Below, in pieces: positions 1 to 14,234 of a DNA stretch of 64,000 nt. The position numbers and the translations under genes were made by a program. The stretch's first letter is position 1; every line of letters starts with the position of its first letter. The notes under the pieces are model-generated. The model searched no databases and was not told where the DNA came from. It saw only the letters and a list, made by a program, of their open reading frames with translations. This stretch comes from Antedon mediterranea (lineage: Eukaryota > Animalia > Echinodermata): NCBI RefSeq assembly GCF_964355755.1, contig NC_092672.1, positions 32,432,437 through 32,496,436 on the forward strand, written 5' to 3'.

Positions 1-79
1 TGGACGCGAAGTGGACGCGTCATGGACGTATTCATGCCGCGTCTGCCGCGTCCGAATTGGGCAGTAATTCTCGCTGGTA
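1..79. repeat. Probable right end of a palindromic MITE cut by the window edge
   Basis: GC-rich GGACGCG/CGCGTCC repeats ending GGCAGTAATTCTCGCTGG-TA before AT-rich flank. Confidence 0.35.
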
Positions 80-935
80 CTGTATCTTTGGTGGTATCTT
101 TGTCCCCCATTTCAAAGCAAACATATTTAAACTACCATAAAACTACTAAAGGCTACCAATAGATTATCATGTAGACTAGTTGATTCTGATCGTAATTGGT
201 AATCGTCAGAGCATTTACTTGGCCGATTGCCAATAAATAGTGGCGCGCGTTGTGTACTGTACATAGAGGCTCTTATTATACAGTAAGAATATTACTGTTT
301 ACTGAACTGTGTAGACATTTTTGTTTTTATTATAGACTGGTCTACAATAGTATTCCCAATGTCTAATAGTAGAGTGAATAGAGTTTACACAAAAAGGACT
401 AAACAAAAGACTTAGCAAGTTCAGACACAACCAATTGTACACTGCTTTACGGTTCAGCGACCATGACCTAAATCAAACAGTGTAGACATTTTGAATTGAA
501 TGAGAGACAGGCTCACAAAAACACAAAAAACATACGGCTTGGGATTGTTATTTCTGTTCATTCGATATGCAGCGAGGAAATATTGTGTATACGCTGTAAA
601 GATCAATAACACCGCTAACACAATTTGTTGCCTCTCTACTTCACTACCAATCGATAAGTGTAATAATGTAAATGACATACGGCCGTCTATGGAGCGGGTC
701 AAATCAATAATACACAAAGTTCAATAACCAGTTGGGTCTAGACGCCAGAATGCCCATGGCCATTACCCAATGCCTCTGTGACAAACAGATTATAATTACG
801 TAATTTCAAACTAGAATTTTTTTAGGTAACTAACTTAACAAATTCTGTAATCAGATATTGTAAATATAAGGCCATTTATGTTTTGGTCTGAATTTTTATT
901 ACAACAGCATAGAAATAGAAATATAGTTTAAGTAT

Positions 936-1147
936 AATTTGGGAAAATTGGGAATACACTGTAAATTTGGGGAAACCGATAGAAAATTGGGAATTATATA
1001 CTGCAAATTCGGGAATACCATACTTAGAAATTTGGGAATTGTAATGACAATTTAGGAAATTCAATCCATAAGGATTATTTGGGAAAATTGTACTGGAAAT
1101 ACCAACCATACTGGAAGTATTTGGTGGGAACACTATAAATTGGGACA
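936..1147. repeat. Degenerate AAATTGGGAA repeat array, probably transposon subterminal repeats
   Basis: About ten variants of AATT(T)GGGAA in 210 bp. Confidence 0.55.
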
Positions 1148-3193
1148 CGGGATTTCATCTTATAATATTAATATAAAAAAAATAAATATCATACTCTTAA
1201 GTGTCATGTACATACAGTTATCAAGGAAGTAAATAACAGAAATTATTTTTTTTTGTCTAGACATATTCCTACAAGTACAGCTACACGAGACATGGATGAA
1301 GACATAATGATTATGGGAAATTAGGTATCCGACGCCTTTACTGAAAACAGCAAGCTCGATTGATTCAATCAAAGCGTTATTAATCATTAGAATAGTGAAA
1401 AAAAGCAAATCAAAGGTTAAAAATCTAATTATTTGTACTCTCCTCCACATAGACTTGTGATTTAGTGTACATTCTGTACTGTTTAATATTACAACCTCAA
1501 GGGTCTAAATTTATTTTAAGTTTATGAATGTGATGAATATGTTTCACTTTTGTTAAATAGCATCTTCATATTGAAAATATTAACCTTTCAACTTCGGCAC
1601 AGAATTCAGTCTCTGAATTAAATGCGTCTCATGTTTTTAACACAGTTACTAATTTGTTTTTCACTTTGTAAGTGCAACTTCAAAGTTGGCTTGTAGCTTG
1701 CCAGAGCCAAAACGAATTACTATAATATGCGGTTTTGTTTTACTGTCAACGATCATTTATCATAAAGTTTCAATGAACAGTAAAATTAAGTTCTTTTGCT
1801 CAATTTGCTAATCTATATTATTATTGAAAATGGTAAATTAAATTATCAACATTTTTTTTATAGATATATATATAAAAATTATATATATAAATTCTACAGA
1901 AGTTATCAATTTATTGTATTGTATCAAAATTTATGCTTTAAAATATGAAATAAAATTGTAAAATATTTTCTAAATATTGTAATAGTAAAAAAAAACACAA
2001 CAATTTTCACAATCATACTGTAGTCTGCAAAGAATTGAATGACTCTCTATCATTAGGGACTTTAGAGGACCTCCTAGCAGTGTTTCCTGTCTTAAGGACT
2101 TTCACCAAAAATGAAACAGATTTTGACTTGTCGATGCGCACACCATGAAGTGACAATCACGGAACAAACCCCTGCTGATATCAGATTCTAAATTCCTGTT
2201 CAGATTGTCACCTGAGAGACTTGTCTGGAGATTAGGCAAATCAGACTGACTGTACGCATGGCTTCTTATCGAATCAGTTCATCAGTCCCGTTGTGAACTT
2301 GTTCCAATAAAAAAAAACCTTTACAAATTACAGTACTGTTACGTACAATTCCCCGCCTCCTTATTAGATTTCAGGGACCAAATTTAAAAAGCAACGTTTA
2401 AAAAAAAAAAATTTGCGCACTGCATCTACAGTACGGTAACCATTTTTATTTGATTACCAGTAATTTTATGTTAGTACACAGTATGCATACAGTAGTTCTA
2501 TAATACAGATTTGGCTTACTTTAAGTAACTTACAGTGAATAATAATAATTCAAATGTTATTTAAAGTTCAAATGTACAGTGTGTACTGTATTGAGACATT
2601 GATAATAGCATTTTTAAGCTCATCACTTTTCCATAATTCAAATTGGACAAGTGTTCTCTGTATAAAATCTGTCCTTGAATAACTAGACGGATGGATTTTT
2701 ATATATATTAAACAAAACCAGAATACTTATATTCTCATTAATTATACAGTATCACTGTAGACTGGTCACCAGAAAAAAATGGACAATTTTAATACTGTAT
2801 AATACAATGGAATGATCTAATTTCATTCAGTGAGTAGCACAATAGTGTAGCCTTAAAATAACAAAAAAACGATTACGGTACATTACAGTACAGCGGTTAC
2901 AAAATCATTAGGAATGTTTGTTTTTTTTGGCTAGACTGGATTTCATACTTTCCATTATACTCAGTATTTTCGTGCAGAGTTCGAACCTTATTTACTAATA
3001 CTATGGGGACAATTGTAGTAATGAGCAGAAAGAAGGAAAACTACCGGTGTAATTATACGTAGTAGAATACGATGCAAGTTTACTTTCACTTGTTGAGATT
3101 GACACACATCTCACAAATTACACTTTTACAAAAACATCCCATTACTTTTTAAATTCGGGAGTGGTTGAAATGGTCTTAACGTCCATAACTTAC

Positions 3194-4201
3194 CGGTTTT
3201 CTTTTGTATCTGCTCCTGAAATCAAAACGTCCTTTCATTTCTTCAAGTAAATCTTGGTATTTTTTCTCATGGGCGACAGAATTTGATAACATCAAGTAGC
3301 TTCGCCAATTCGCAGAATCGAAACCCCAATGACAAGTGTGATTTTCCTTTCCACCATGGGAATGAACGATAAACTTCTGCGGAGGATACACATTCATGCA
3401 CTCGAAACATTCAATGCACGGTGCGTCCGGGTGGTTGTACATCTCGGGGAAATATGCTCCCTTACATTTCCCGAAGCATTCGTGATAAACGCTTATTGTG
3501 TTTTCCATTTGGCCTTTTCGTTTCTTTGCATCAGACCCGTAGTATACTTGTTTTTCAGAATAGTACAGTAATGTGTTACATAATCTCTCTGCATCAGTTT
3601 TGGTAATCAATCCACATGATGGAGCACTAAAAGGGAGAATACCAGTTACCTTTAAAATCTCCAACTGTTCTGGGCTACATCGCGAACAATAAATGTACAA
3701 TTCATCACAAACTAAGTTTATCTGTCGCAGGCTATAATCTCGAAGAACACTGTTCAAAATTTCAGGCAGACAAAGACGTTTTTCTCCGCCGACAATAAAA
3801 CATGCAATCCGTTCATTCTCCAAAATAGTTTCACATTTTTCACTTCGCGAATTGTCTATCGGTGTAAGAACTGGCATTTGTTGAATCGGGAAAGGAGATT
3901 CATGAATAATAGGATCCATAACTTCCACATATTTATCCACTTGTTCATTCCCCGTCAATGATGGGGGAAGAACAGGCACCGTTTTCAAAGGAGGCTGGCT
4001 CAACAACTGCAGACCATCTTTGCATTTCATCGTATTCTCCACCGCCGACGATTCTTCTTCCATGAGCTTAACTCGCTCGTAAACCCAACGTGGTTGCGAA
4101 TTTATATTTGGTCCTTGTAAAGTGGACAAAGCAACATTTTGATAATTTTGAAGAACTTTGTCGATAGCAGAATTATATGGCATTGACTGGATGTGATCCA
4201 T
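3194..4201 (-). CDS. SKI: Ski/Sno proto-oncogene family transcriptional co-repressor, first coding exon; downstream exons not found in window
   Basis: ORF has an N-terminal R-SMAD-binding-like motif ([15 protein letters not shown]), the Ski/Sno/Dac domain ([27 protein letters not shown]...[13 protein letters not shown]) and the SAND-like SMAD4-binding domain (VYHECFGKC...[16 protein letters not shown]). A strong phase-0 donor CCG|GTAAGT at 3194/3193 follows YKRKP, comparable to the end of vertebrate SKI exon 1. Confidence 0.95.
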
Positions 4202-4323
4202 TTTCAGTCAAAATACTTGCTAACTGGCCAAAAACATTAGGTTTGAAAGTCAATCCGTACAACGTTGTTCCTAGCGCTAGCTATTCACGTTGAATGATCC
4301 AGTCAGCTCGCTTGTTGTATAGT

Positions 4324-4819
4324 CAAAGAACTTATAACACAAGAATCTCCTGTTCGTCCGAAGCGCGTAACAATTTCGAAAGGCATTGTGGGATAGAATA
4401 GAGCTATGGGTGGCGCCATTGTGAGCCATGGAGTAGGGCGCCCGCATCAAATTAGAAAGTCAAAATCATAGAGGGGTTCTGCTAATGCTCTAGGGGGTAT
4501 AGAGTAATTGACTGAGGAGTAGGGCGCCCGCATCAAATTAGAAAGTCAAAATCATAGAGGGGTTCTGCTAATGCTCTAGGGGGTATAGAGTAATTGACTG
4601 AGGAGTAGGGCGCCCGCATCAAATTAGAAAGTCAAAATCATAGAGGGGTTCTGCTAATGCTCTAGGGGGGTAGAGTAATTGACTTCCTAGTTTGGAGGGG
4701 GCGCTGCTCCATGCTGTGAAATGGCGTCGCCCAGTTTGACCTTTTAACCCTGTACTTCCGATACTGTGTTTTGAATGCAAAATTGAAGAACAGGAGATTC
4801 TTGTGTTATAAGTTCTTTG
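4324..4819. mobile_element. P-element-like MITE (32-bp perfect TIR, 7-bp TSD)
   Basis: TIR CAAAGAACTTATAACACAAGAATCTCCTGTTC at 4324-4355 with its reverse complement at 4788-4819; TSD GTATAGT at 4317-4323 and 4820-4826. Superfamily inferred from CA termini and a 7-bp TSD. Confidence 0.85.
4431..4684. repeat. Three near-identical 86-bp tandem units inside the P-like MITE
   Basis: Unit GAGTAGGGCGCCCGCATCAAATTAGAAAGTC... starts at 4431, 4517 and 4603. Confidence 0.95.
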
Positions 4820-4829
4820 GTATAGTCTA

Positions 4830-5000
4830 GTCGGGGATGTATTATGCGGCGCGGCGGCTAGCCCAGCCTTGAGTACAGAGAGAGAGAGACGTTCAGACGC
4901 TGTTCCGTTTACTTACTCCCTCTGCTGCTGGAAAGTTGGAATAGCCGTATAATAATGACCTCGCTGCCGAGACATCCGTTATAATATTATGACGGAGAGT
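4830..5000 (-). promoter_or_regulatory. Candidate Ski promoter region
   Basis: Local CpG/GC-rich patch (GCGGCGCGGCGGC) and a (GA)n tract about 650-700 bp upstream of the Ski ATG; TSS cannot be determined. Confidence 0.3.
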
Positions 5001-6700
5001 GCTCTTTCGGATTAGAATTGATATGGGTAGAGATGTTTTCGAAGGCCATTGGAAGCAACAAAAGCACGCGCTTGATTGTCATAAATCAAGAAGCATGCCG
5101 ATTGTATTCAGGGAGGCCTTACTTAGGTTTTATATCAAATACTTTTGAGTTCATTCTAGGATAGTCACGAGTCATTCTGAGAATGTTATTCACTGAGTAT
5201 ATTATTTCCATAACATTAATTGACTCACATTCATCAATTCAAGCTCATTCCTCTCCTCCCCGACCCTCATCACCCTCAACATTAAATAGTCGGTTTATAA
5301 GTGACAAGATATTAGTTTTAGTCAGTCTTCTGCGACTGTACAGTGTAAACAGACTACCCGCCAACTGTGGCGTCAAATCGGCGCGAAAGGGTCACCACAA
5401 GTAGTATAGATCTTGATGATTCAATTTCTGCGGTTCAGCTAGGTATTATGCAACTACAGGGCGTAACATAAAAAAAGTAAATTTGTAAGTACAGTAATGT
5501 AAAGTTCCAACTTGAAATAGGCCTATATAAAATGTAACTAATTTCATTGTCAGAGGGAAGAGAAGTAAGCGCGCGATAATTGAGCACCGGCGGGATTATG
5601 AAATTAGGCCTAAATTGTTACGGTAATATTAAAAATATCAAAGGAAATAAAAGATCTAAATTCTTTACAAATATATTTATTTTATTGCACCGCAAGTACA
5701 AAGGATGGTGTGATATCGTCACAAATGTAAAATACTACAAATACAAATTAGTTTCACATTATTATTACAAATTGAATAGTCACAAGTTTTTACGCTAGAT
5801 ACTTGATAAAGATCTTAACGCTATACTTTGAAACGGTAGGCCTATCTAAAAGAGAAAGTGAGAACATGCATGGATGCTCAGGTGACAAAAACATTATCAT
5901 CGGGCAGAAATCCAACTTTTTAAGAGATTAAAGACCGGGCTAAGTTTTAATTTATCCGGGTTAAATTGGTGACCTACCCACACCAACGTTGGCGAACAAG
6001 GAAGAAGCCAGAACAGGTAACCACTAAATATTATGGGTAATATGTTCAGACTCACGGAGTTACGGTGGAGTTGTCTAATGTTTAAGGGCGGTAACGAACG
6101 TTTTAACTTCCACGTGAGCTTACGTCTGGGCCTACCTACACCGTCTCGTATTCAACAAACTGGCAAATCATTCTTGATGAGCATAGGCCTACGTATTTAT
6201 ATGAGAGTTGCAACGAGAGGGGATCTTTTAACTTTCTATGTTAAATAAACAAGAGGATCCCATTGTAAAAAAGTTCAATATCGAGATTGTCGTTGCCTAT
6301 CCTGCATCTGTTTGACTTTTCAGCTTTTTTTGCTATTTAAAAAAATCGTATATATTTGTAATGTAATGATACTGTATACATCTATAATTACAATTTTATT
6401 CAAAATATTTGATATGTTTTTATTTGATTTATAACGAATAAGCCTATTTTACTAGTAGGCCTTGCCTATAGACAGCATTAATTGCTATACAGATCTCTCA
6501 ATGATGTTCAATGTTAAGGAGCAGGATACACTTGATATCCGTAATTTCCGTCTTACCTTGAATTCAAATTTAGCATGAATGAATTAATTACAATGATGAC
6601 TGTTCATTACATAACACGTCTGCCTAATGAGCCTCCATGATCATCGCTCTAGACCACGAACTTAATACCTCTAGTAGTAGTAGACGCACTTGTCTACTAG

Positions 6701-6826
6701 CCGTTAAGCGCGAGTACACAACCCGTTAAGCACGCCCACACAACCCGTTACGCGCGCGTCTACCAGCCGTTAAGCGCGCGTCTACCAGACGTTAAGCGCG
6801 CGTCTACCACCCGTTACACGCGCGCA
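6701..6826. repeat. 22-bp CpG-rich minisatellite (about 6 units, CCGTTAAGCGCGCGTCTACCAG)
   Basis: Units start at 6701, 6723, 6745, 6767, 6789 and 6811. Confidence 0.9.
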
Positions 6827-7195
6827 TAAAAATCGTATTATATCATCACTTGAACGTGCGTGCATCTGGTCGTAAACTACGCACATCTAATCAGATGCCG
6901 TTCATCTGAGTTAAAAATGTTCATATTTATTTTCTCCGTGATTTCCCCGCGGTTAAAGCAAGCCTGAAGTTTCAGGTCTACAGTTATAAAATAGCCACTA
7001 TAGGGAGATCCGTGTTTATTTTATCGCTCAGACCCACCCGGATGCATGTCTGTTAAATGACCTTTGGTTTTAGAATATAGGTCAACATTCGAAAACAAAT
7101 ACTACTAGCTCGACGGATCAAACAAAAATTGAAACGTCTGTTGACTGGTGGACCAAAATGAAAAATACGAAAAAAATACAGACTTGAGAAAGTCA

Positions 7196-7374
7196 AGCTT
7201 GGTTCCCACTAGCGACGCAACACAAGGACGTAACGCAACGCAAGTGAATTGACCAATCACAAGCGATGGCTTAATCGCTTGTGATTGCTAACTGTCTATA
7301 ACTTCGCTTGTCATTGGTTAAAACGCTTGCGTTGCGTTTACGTCCTTGCGTTACGTTCTAGTGGGAACCAAGCT
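7196..7374. mobile_element. Palindromic Harbinger-like MITE family B (TIR AGCTTGGTTCCCACTAG)
   Basis: 17-bp TIRs, long internal palindrome, TCA/TAA flanks. Related copies at 13035-13185 and 14235-14501, degenerate pieces near 17290-17385 and 18290-18380. Confidence 0.8.
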
Positions 7375-9603
7375 TAAGTCTTTTTTTTTACGTTGTTGGT
7401 CTGCAAGATTCCAGCTCAAATATATGTATGAAACGCCATGTGTGACAAAATGTAAATCTTTTATCAATTATGTCGAATGGCCGTATGGATAGAACATACT
7501 AAACGAATGCTACGATTAAATTTGTTTTGATATACTTTTCATAAAAATACATCTTAACCACGTGCTTACGTTCATAAGGCCAGTTTGTGTATAGGCTTAC
7601 TCACATCATGGATCTGAAACAGAAATTTAGAAATGCCAAAAACTTAACACAAACAGACAAATTGTACATTATGGCACATATTAGGAAATGACATCTTCCG
7701 CTTTGGTTCTTATTTCTCCTCATACAGACGCCAACACAGTCAGATTATTGACGCCATGTTTACAAAACGACGAAACAGCTATATAGCTAGATTTATAATT
7801 TCTAAAAAATCGCAACTTATTAAACTTTCACTCTACCCTCAAACACGTTCTCCCTTGAGGCTGTGCACACTGTTGCACTAAGCTCAATCCAACAGGAGTT
7901 AGCCCGGCTGTTCAGCATCAGCACAATTTCACATGCAAAAAGACTCTCCACACCACCGGTAAAATCTCTTACCATCATCGCACAGGGTTTTGTTGAGTAG
8001 TGCGAAGGAAGAGGTGAATGGCTCGCGCGTGATAGCGCATCTGCACTGATGTATTGCTTTTAGGTCTCCGTTTTATCCCTTTCCCTGCTCTTCAACATTT
8101 TCGTTTTGGGAATTTCGTTATAACGTATTATACAACGAAAAGTTCAGTGAGTGCTATCCTTTTGTATTAGTATTAGTCTGTCTATGTTTTCCACATAAAA
8201 AATTTTCCTCTCGTGAGTGGAAATGATTTACAAAAGTACGAGAGGACAAGCGCAGGAACATGATTTACAATGGCCTACGCCCAAAAAAAAGCTTTATAGC
8301 CTGCAAAACGGTTATAGCCTGCATTGGGGTGGTCAAAGGTGAGTTGGGGAACTACTTTTCCCGGCTTCATCAAAGAGATACGAAAAGTGCATTTTGCAAG
8401 CCGGTGATTAATATCAAATTCTCTCTCTCTCTCTCTCTCTCGAGAGAGAGAGACGTGCTTGAAGATTTTATCCTGGTGAAGATTGTTTTTTTATGTTATG
8501 CTTATAGAGATTTCTATCCATAATAAATTGGTTATCAACATGAATATTGGGTGAACCAAAATTATAATATAACAATAATTATATATAAAAACAAAAATGT
8601 ATTTATTAATACGTATAATAATTGTATTTAGCTACGGTGGCCGCAAGTGTAAAGGCAATAGGTTCTACGGTGGCCCATATATGTCATGCCATAGTAATGC
8701 ATTAACAAATGATATATTATTCGTTCATACTTTGTAATCATCATACATACAATTCGTCCGTATGAAACAGCATCTGTACATAACATTGTATATCGGAATT
8801 TTATTGCTGAAAAAATGTTGCTCGACCCGCCAAATGACTTCTCGAAATGTTGAGTCATTTTCAGTATGTTAAATGCCCGCGAATTAGTGGCGACAAAGTT
8901 GAGCAGAGCGCGACTTTAGGGCTCTTCTCCATGGCAGCTTACGCACTGGTACATTCAAGAGTGATTCATTAGTCTGTTTACGTTGTTTCAGCACGCAAAC
9001 TATGTTTTGGCCATTTTCCCAGAAAAAAAATGTTTGACCTGTCGCGCGTAACATAAGTAAATGAAAAGTTAAAATAATAAATTGTTGCCAACATAAGTTG
9101 TTATGCTAGGCAGCCTACATAATAAATTTGTTGATGTGATCGTAAACCCGTGTACTATAGAAATGCATGGCCGACTAACAACCGGTTTAAAACGCTTTCG
9201 AAGATCTTTCATTTCACAATATTCTTGTTTATGATGGATTTACAAAGGCCGATACAAATTCAACGTCAGTGTACTTTTAGTATAATATGATTGACTCTCA
9301 ATTAAAATGTTTTTGCTTACACAATTCACTTGCCCGTGACACAAATTTTCCACGCACAAAGAGATTAATTTTACGCGCGCGTCAAACTCCTGATTTGGTG
9401 TGGTTTATGGTACGCGCGCGTAGTCATCGTTCGCTATGAGTCGACTCGCGCGTACTATCAGCGTTTTTGATCAGGATTCAAAATACTGCATGCACTCTGT
9501 CATTTTTACGATTTAAGTGCTAAAAACAAGGCCTACAAAATATCAATTTCATAATACAATTACAAAATTGAACAACATTTGAAAAAGAAATAAAGAAAAC
9601 TAA

Positions 9604-10431
9604 GGCCCTGTTTCTGCTGCCAACTAAATACCGTATATTATACGGTATTTTTTGAATACCGTATATATACGGTATATTTTTGGTTTGGCAGCAGAAACTG
9701 CGCTCATAAAAAATATACCGTATTTTGTATACCGTATTTTCCCCACAAAATTTGTGGATAAAATACGGTATTTACAAATTTATACCGTATTTTTTGTACC
9801 CGTTTCTGCTGCCAATAAAAAATACCGTATTTTTTTTTACATGACAAAAGGTCAACATTCGTATTTTTATTTTATGTCGCTGTCAGCTGCTTTACACACG
9901 TGTATAGATATATTCGGCGAAAATGTGGAGCGAAGACGTCACAGTTTTACTAAATAAATGTGTGTGGGGAAGCTAAAATGTCTGGCCAACTAAAAGGTAA
10001 TAAAAGGGACAACCACATTTATAAAGACATTTCTAAAAAAATAAAGCAGGAGTATGGAATAGACTGGTCTCCAAAGCAAGTAAACTCAAAGCTGAAGAGC
10101 CTGCGAAAGCAGTACAACATTGCAAAATACAATAACTCGAGGAGGGAACGAATTAATTGTCCCCATTACGATGTTTTCTGTGCTCTCACAACATCTCTAT
10201 CACTAGGGCTAGGCTGTTGAAAGTGAGACGTAAAACTTCCTTTATTGCGACTTTTAATTATCGATCAAATAAATGAATGGCAATTTGGGTTAAAAAAGAT
10301 GAAATTTAACACGACCACCCAAGAAGTATTGTTAGCAGAAACGGGGTACTAAAAAATACGGTATAAAAAATACCGTATTTTATACCGTATTTTTATACCG
10401 TATTTTAAGCAGTTGCAGCAGAAACAGGCCC
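9604..10431 (+). mobile_element. PIF/Harbinger deletion derivative carrying a decayed Myb/SANT (trihelix) DNA-binding ORF
   Basis: TIRs GGCCCTGTTTCTGCTGC / GCAGCAGAAACAGGCCC, TAA/TCA flanks, many subterminal ATACCGTAT repeats. 9922-10200 encodes a frameshifted MWSEDVT..WGEAKMSGQLKGNKRDNHIYKDISKK..QVNSKLKSLRKQY..CPHYD, typical of the Harbinger Myb-like protein. Confidence 0.85.
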
Positions 10432-13034
10432 TCATCATTATACTGTATATTATTCTTGCCCAAAGATTGCTCAATCCATCCTATATTGTAACATTACTGT
10501 ACATGTTTACGGTATGATATAGGTGTACAGTACCTCCAGGCAGACTTTTGGCTAATAAATGTGGGTTAGTCCCACCAGTGGCTCTGGTTACATCACAGGC
10601 TAGACACCATGTTCAATCTACCATGAAACTCACATTACTGGCCTAATTATGCGAGAGACAGACTGATTAATATTCCAAACAATTTTAGGCCTATATGCTT
10701 CAAGAGTCCAATAGTTTAAGTTTTCAGCTAGTAAACTACAATGTTTTCGATTAAATAGGCCTAAACTACCATACATATTTATGACTTGTTTCGTGCTCAA
10801 GAATATTAATGATTTAAAAGCCTAATATGCGATAATATTGTGCTATACGTTGAGTACCTCGCCGTCATAACATACAATTTCCGCATGCACATTTCCGTGA
10901 AATCGCTGACGCGAGACGTTAGGCATGACGTCACGAGACAGTCAGGCGGCGATAGGGATTTTCAAGCACGATAGTAGGCCAAGTATTGTAAATAAAAAGG
11001 CGCGTAATTATGGTTACAACACAGTTTTTATTGGTCTATAGTAGTAACTGGAAATAAAGTAGAGGTACTGTATTTATAAACCTATCTACGGTATTCAGGA
11101 TTTACTGTTATTATGATTCATTTACCATGGTTATACCCTGCCAAAAAGATTGTGTAAAGCCTAGGCGATAGGCCTATCTACCTTTATCATAGCCTATAGT
11201 AGGCCTACTATTTGACTTACTTGTTTTACTTAGGCCTACTTTATATCGTGTGTGATATGTTATTAAAACCTGGATGATTTACAATGTTAATAAATAACAG
11301 TTACATTACTTGTATTGATTTGTTTAATTTTTATGCCACACTCGCACACAAATTACGGAATAATACAACGACGGTGGTGAGGGCCTCAATGCGACACCCT
11401 TTTATTTAGTCTCTATTGAATGAAATTTAGGACAGATGATTGGACCGTACGACCAGACATTTATTCAAAGGATCGTGCACGAGATAAGAGAATCAGTTCA
11501 GAAAATATTAATATAATGGTATTCAAAGTTTAGTAACACCACGCGCATTTCTCGGACATTTTTAAAGCGTGATTGTCACGTGGATTTCAGGGAAAATGTG
11601 TTGTGTAATTTGTTGTTGTGTCTGTTTACTATCATTGTCCCCGTATGCAGTGCTGCCCGTATGCCAGACAACAGACCGGAACGTAATTGAATGGATGACC
11701 GCGATGACCGAGTATAGGCCTAAAATTTTGCCGCATTTTTTTGTTGATGCGTGATTTTACTACTAGAGAAGCAATTTGTAGTAAAAACCGAATTGCTACG
11801 CTAGGCCTACCACACCCCCAAGTTGAACCTGCTACAAGCGGCCTGATTCTTCTCCTCATCTAATGCCATCAAGCGACGTGCTATCATCAGCGAATTATGA
11901 AAACAAAATTCCAAGACATGCTCATCTTGTGTCTCGACGTGAGTTCAACCAACGGACCACCCATGCGCAATAATTGTTTCTTCTGCATGTAGAAGCTGCT
12001 TACTGTAGGTGAAAGTTGATCACAATCGATAAGGTCACGGCCGATGCTGCCAGACGGTGCATGACGTCACTGATGCTGATTGGACAACGTCAATGAGATA
12101 TAACCAACGCTAGTGTTATTGTTATTATTATTATTATTATTATTTACAGTTGGTAATGATGATTGAGTTTTTAAAAAAATGAACAAAAAAGCGATTGAAA
12201 TCACTTGTAGGACATTGGAAGGGGGGGGGGGGGGTGCGCATGGGTCCCCCTGAAGTAATCTACTTTATTATATCCCTTTCTGTGAGTGACTGTATAGTAT
12301 ATTATCTAGTAAGTTATGTCCTTTTATTTATGAATTACTCGATTGTCCAGCTGTCTCGCCGTGTCACGTGGCATGACTATGAATCGTACCTACAGTATAT
12401 TACCTTATGACGTCAATGCGGATGTAAACAATATCGTAGGACCAAACATTGAAAACCATAAGCAATAGGCCTATAGTTCCTTTCGGTTGGTGGGCGGGGG
12501 GAAAGGTTTTGGCCCGGGGTAGTACCTAATTGGGCCTATTAGAAAAAATGCGATACTGCTTCCTTTCCGTGTTATCCGGCCATACAGTCCACCAATAAAC
12601 ATATATGAGTTGAGATGACAAAATTGGTAGTGTCTGCCGCTGGGTTGGTGGAGAGTTTGTGAAGGCCATCTATTGATAGTGCAGAGAGTGTTGGACGTGC
12701 GCGCTTCAATAGTGTGTTAACCTGAAGTTTTTGATTTTGCAATATGACCTGCGCTCTGGTTATAAGGACGCCAACGGTTGATTAATATTATTTTACAGTA
12801 ATTGGTCTAATATATTATTTCTCTCATTGGGAGACGACGTTATTTCTGGAAGTATCAAGTGATCGAGGTGGTTATCCGTCGTAGGCCTACTGATTACGCA
12901 TGTTATTGTTAGTACTCTAGCAACAACCCGTTCGTCGCTACTATACGTATATTGGTCACTACATCATTGGTACGTCAACCCACTGAAGCTTTGTTCCTAC
13001 CTGAACACAACGCAGCGACCTACAACGGAAGTTA

Positions 13035-13185
13035 AGCTTGGTTCCCACTAGTACTCAACGCAAGGACGTAAGCCGCAACGCAAGCGAATTGACCAATCCA
13101 AGCGATGGATCATTCGAACCGTTCCTTGTGATTGGTCAATTAACTTGCGTTGCGGCTTACGTTCTTGCGTTGCGTTCTAATGTGA
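13035..13185. mobile_element. MITE family B copy (right end degenerate)
   Basis: AGCTTGGTTCCCACTAG...CGCAAGGACGTAAG...GACCAATC, same as 7196-7374. Confidence 0.75.
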
Positions 13186-14234
13186 ATTATGGTGGGCTTA
13201 CTGAAAAAAAGAAAGTCGGAATCAATTTACCAAGCATTGATAATGATAACTTCAATCGCCTCCTCCTTCTCTTATGATACTGAGAATATCAATGATGTTT
13301 TTATGAACATGATTTTAAATGTATTTATTTTTTTAACATATCCAAACGTTTGTGTTTTTTTTTATTGCATAATCGCGGCCAGGTTAATTCTCGATTTTAT
13401 AATCATCATTGTGCCACCTTTCGTTGAATGTGTTTTAGTTGAGTCGTCGTCACAAGTATAATTACAACAACGCCAGCGTACGTGTACCGATATTTATAAA
13501 ATTCTCTGAAATAGATGCATTTAATGTCGTTAAACTTCGTTTCAACTCATATAGTTATTTCTACACATAAGATTGTTTTTAATTCGAATGCAATCATGCA
13601 TTGTCCTAACGTTTCATTCCTGGTTCAATATTATTTAGGTTATCGTTAGTTATCTTTTCATTTTATAGTGAAATATTTTGATTGACAAAATATTAATAAA
13701 TAGATATATTTCCCTCATTATAATCGATCCATCACTTGAACGGTTGTGGTGCACTTTTTTTTATCCATAGCTTTATAGTATAATTTGTTTACGTGAGAAA
13801 AAATACGAATGTTTCTTATTAATTCTTTTGATAATTTATTTATTAAGTAATCCATACGAAAGCTTTTTACAGCTTTTAATTAATCGCTTTATAGTATATC
13901 TACACGAGTGAGATAAAATATGAAGTCTTATTAAATTATTTATCTATTAAGACATTTAAAAAAAAATCGAAAAGCATAAACGTGTATACCAAAGGCACAA
14001 TACTGAATGAAGTGGACAAAATTTTGAATTACGTAACAATAGTATTCAGAATTATTCCCTCCTTGAGTTTACTGTTGGATGAAAAATAAATATTAACATA
14101 AATAAATTGTTATTTATTTTTTACAATATTATCGTAATTACTATTACCACGCAACACAATGACGTACATTAGGCGCACAATTGATGGGTAAGATTGACCA
14201 ATCACACATTTCGGATGTGGGCGCGCCAATACAC

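Noticed and set aside
3176-3193. ORF-track C-terminus of Ski (VSYGR*)
   Set aside because: Read-through into the intron past the GTAAGT donor.
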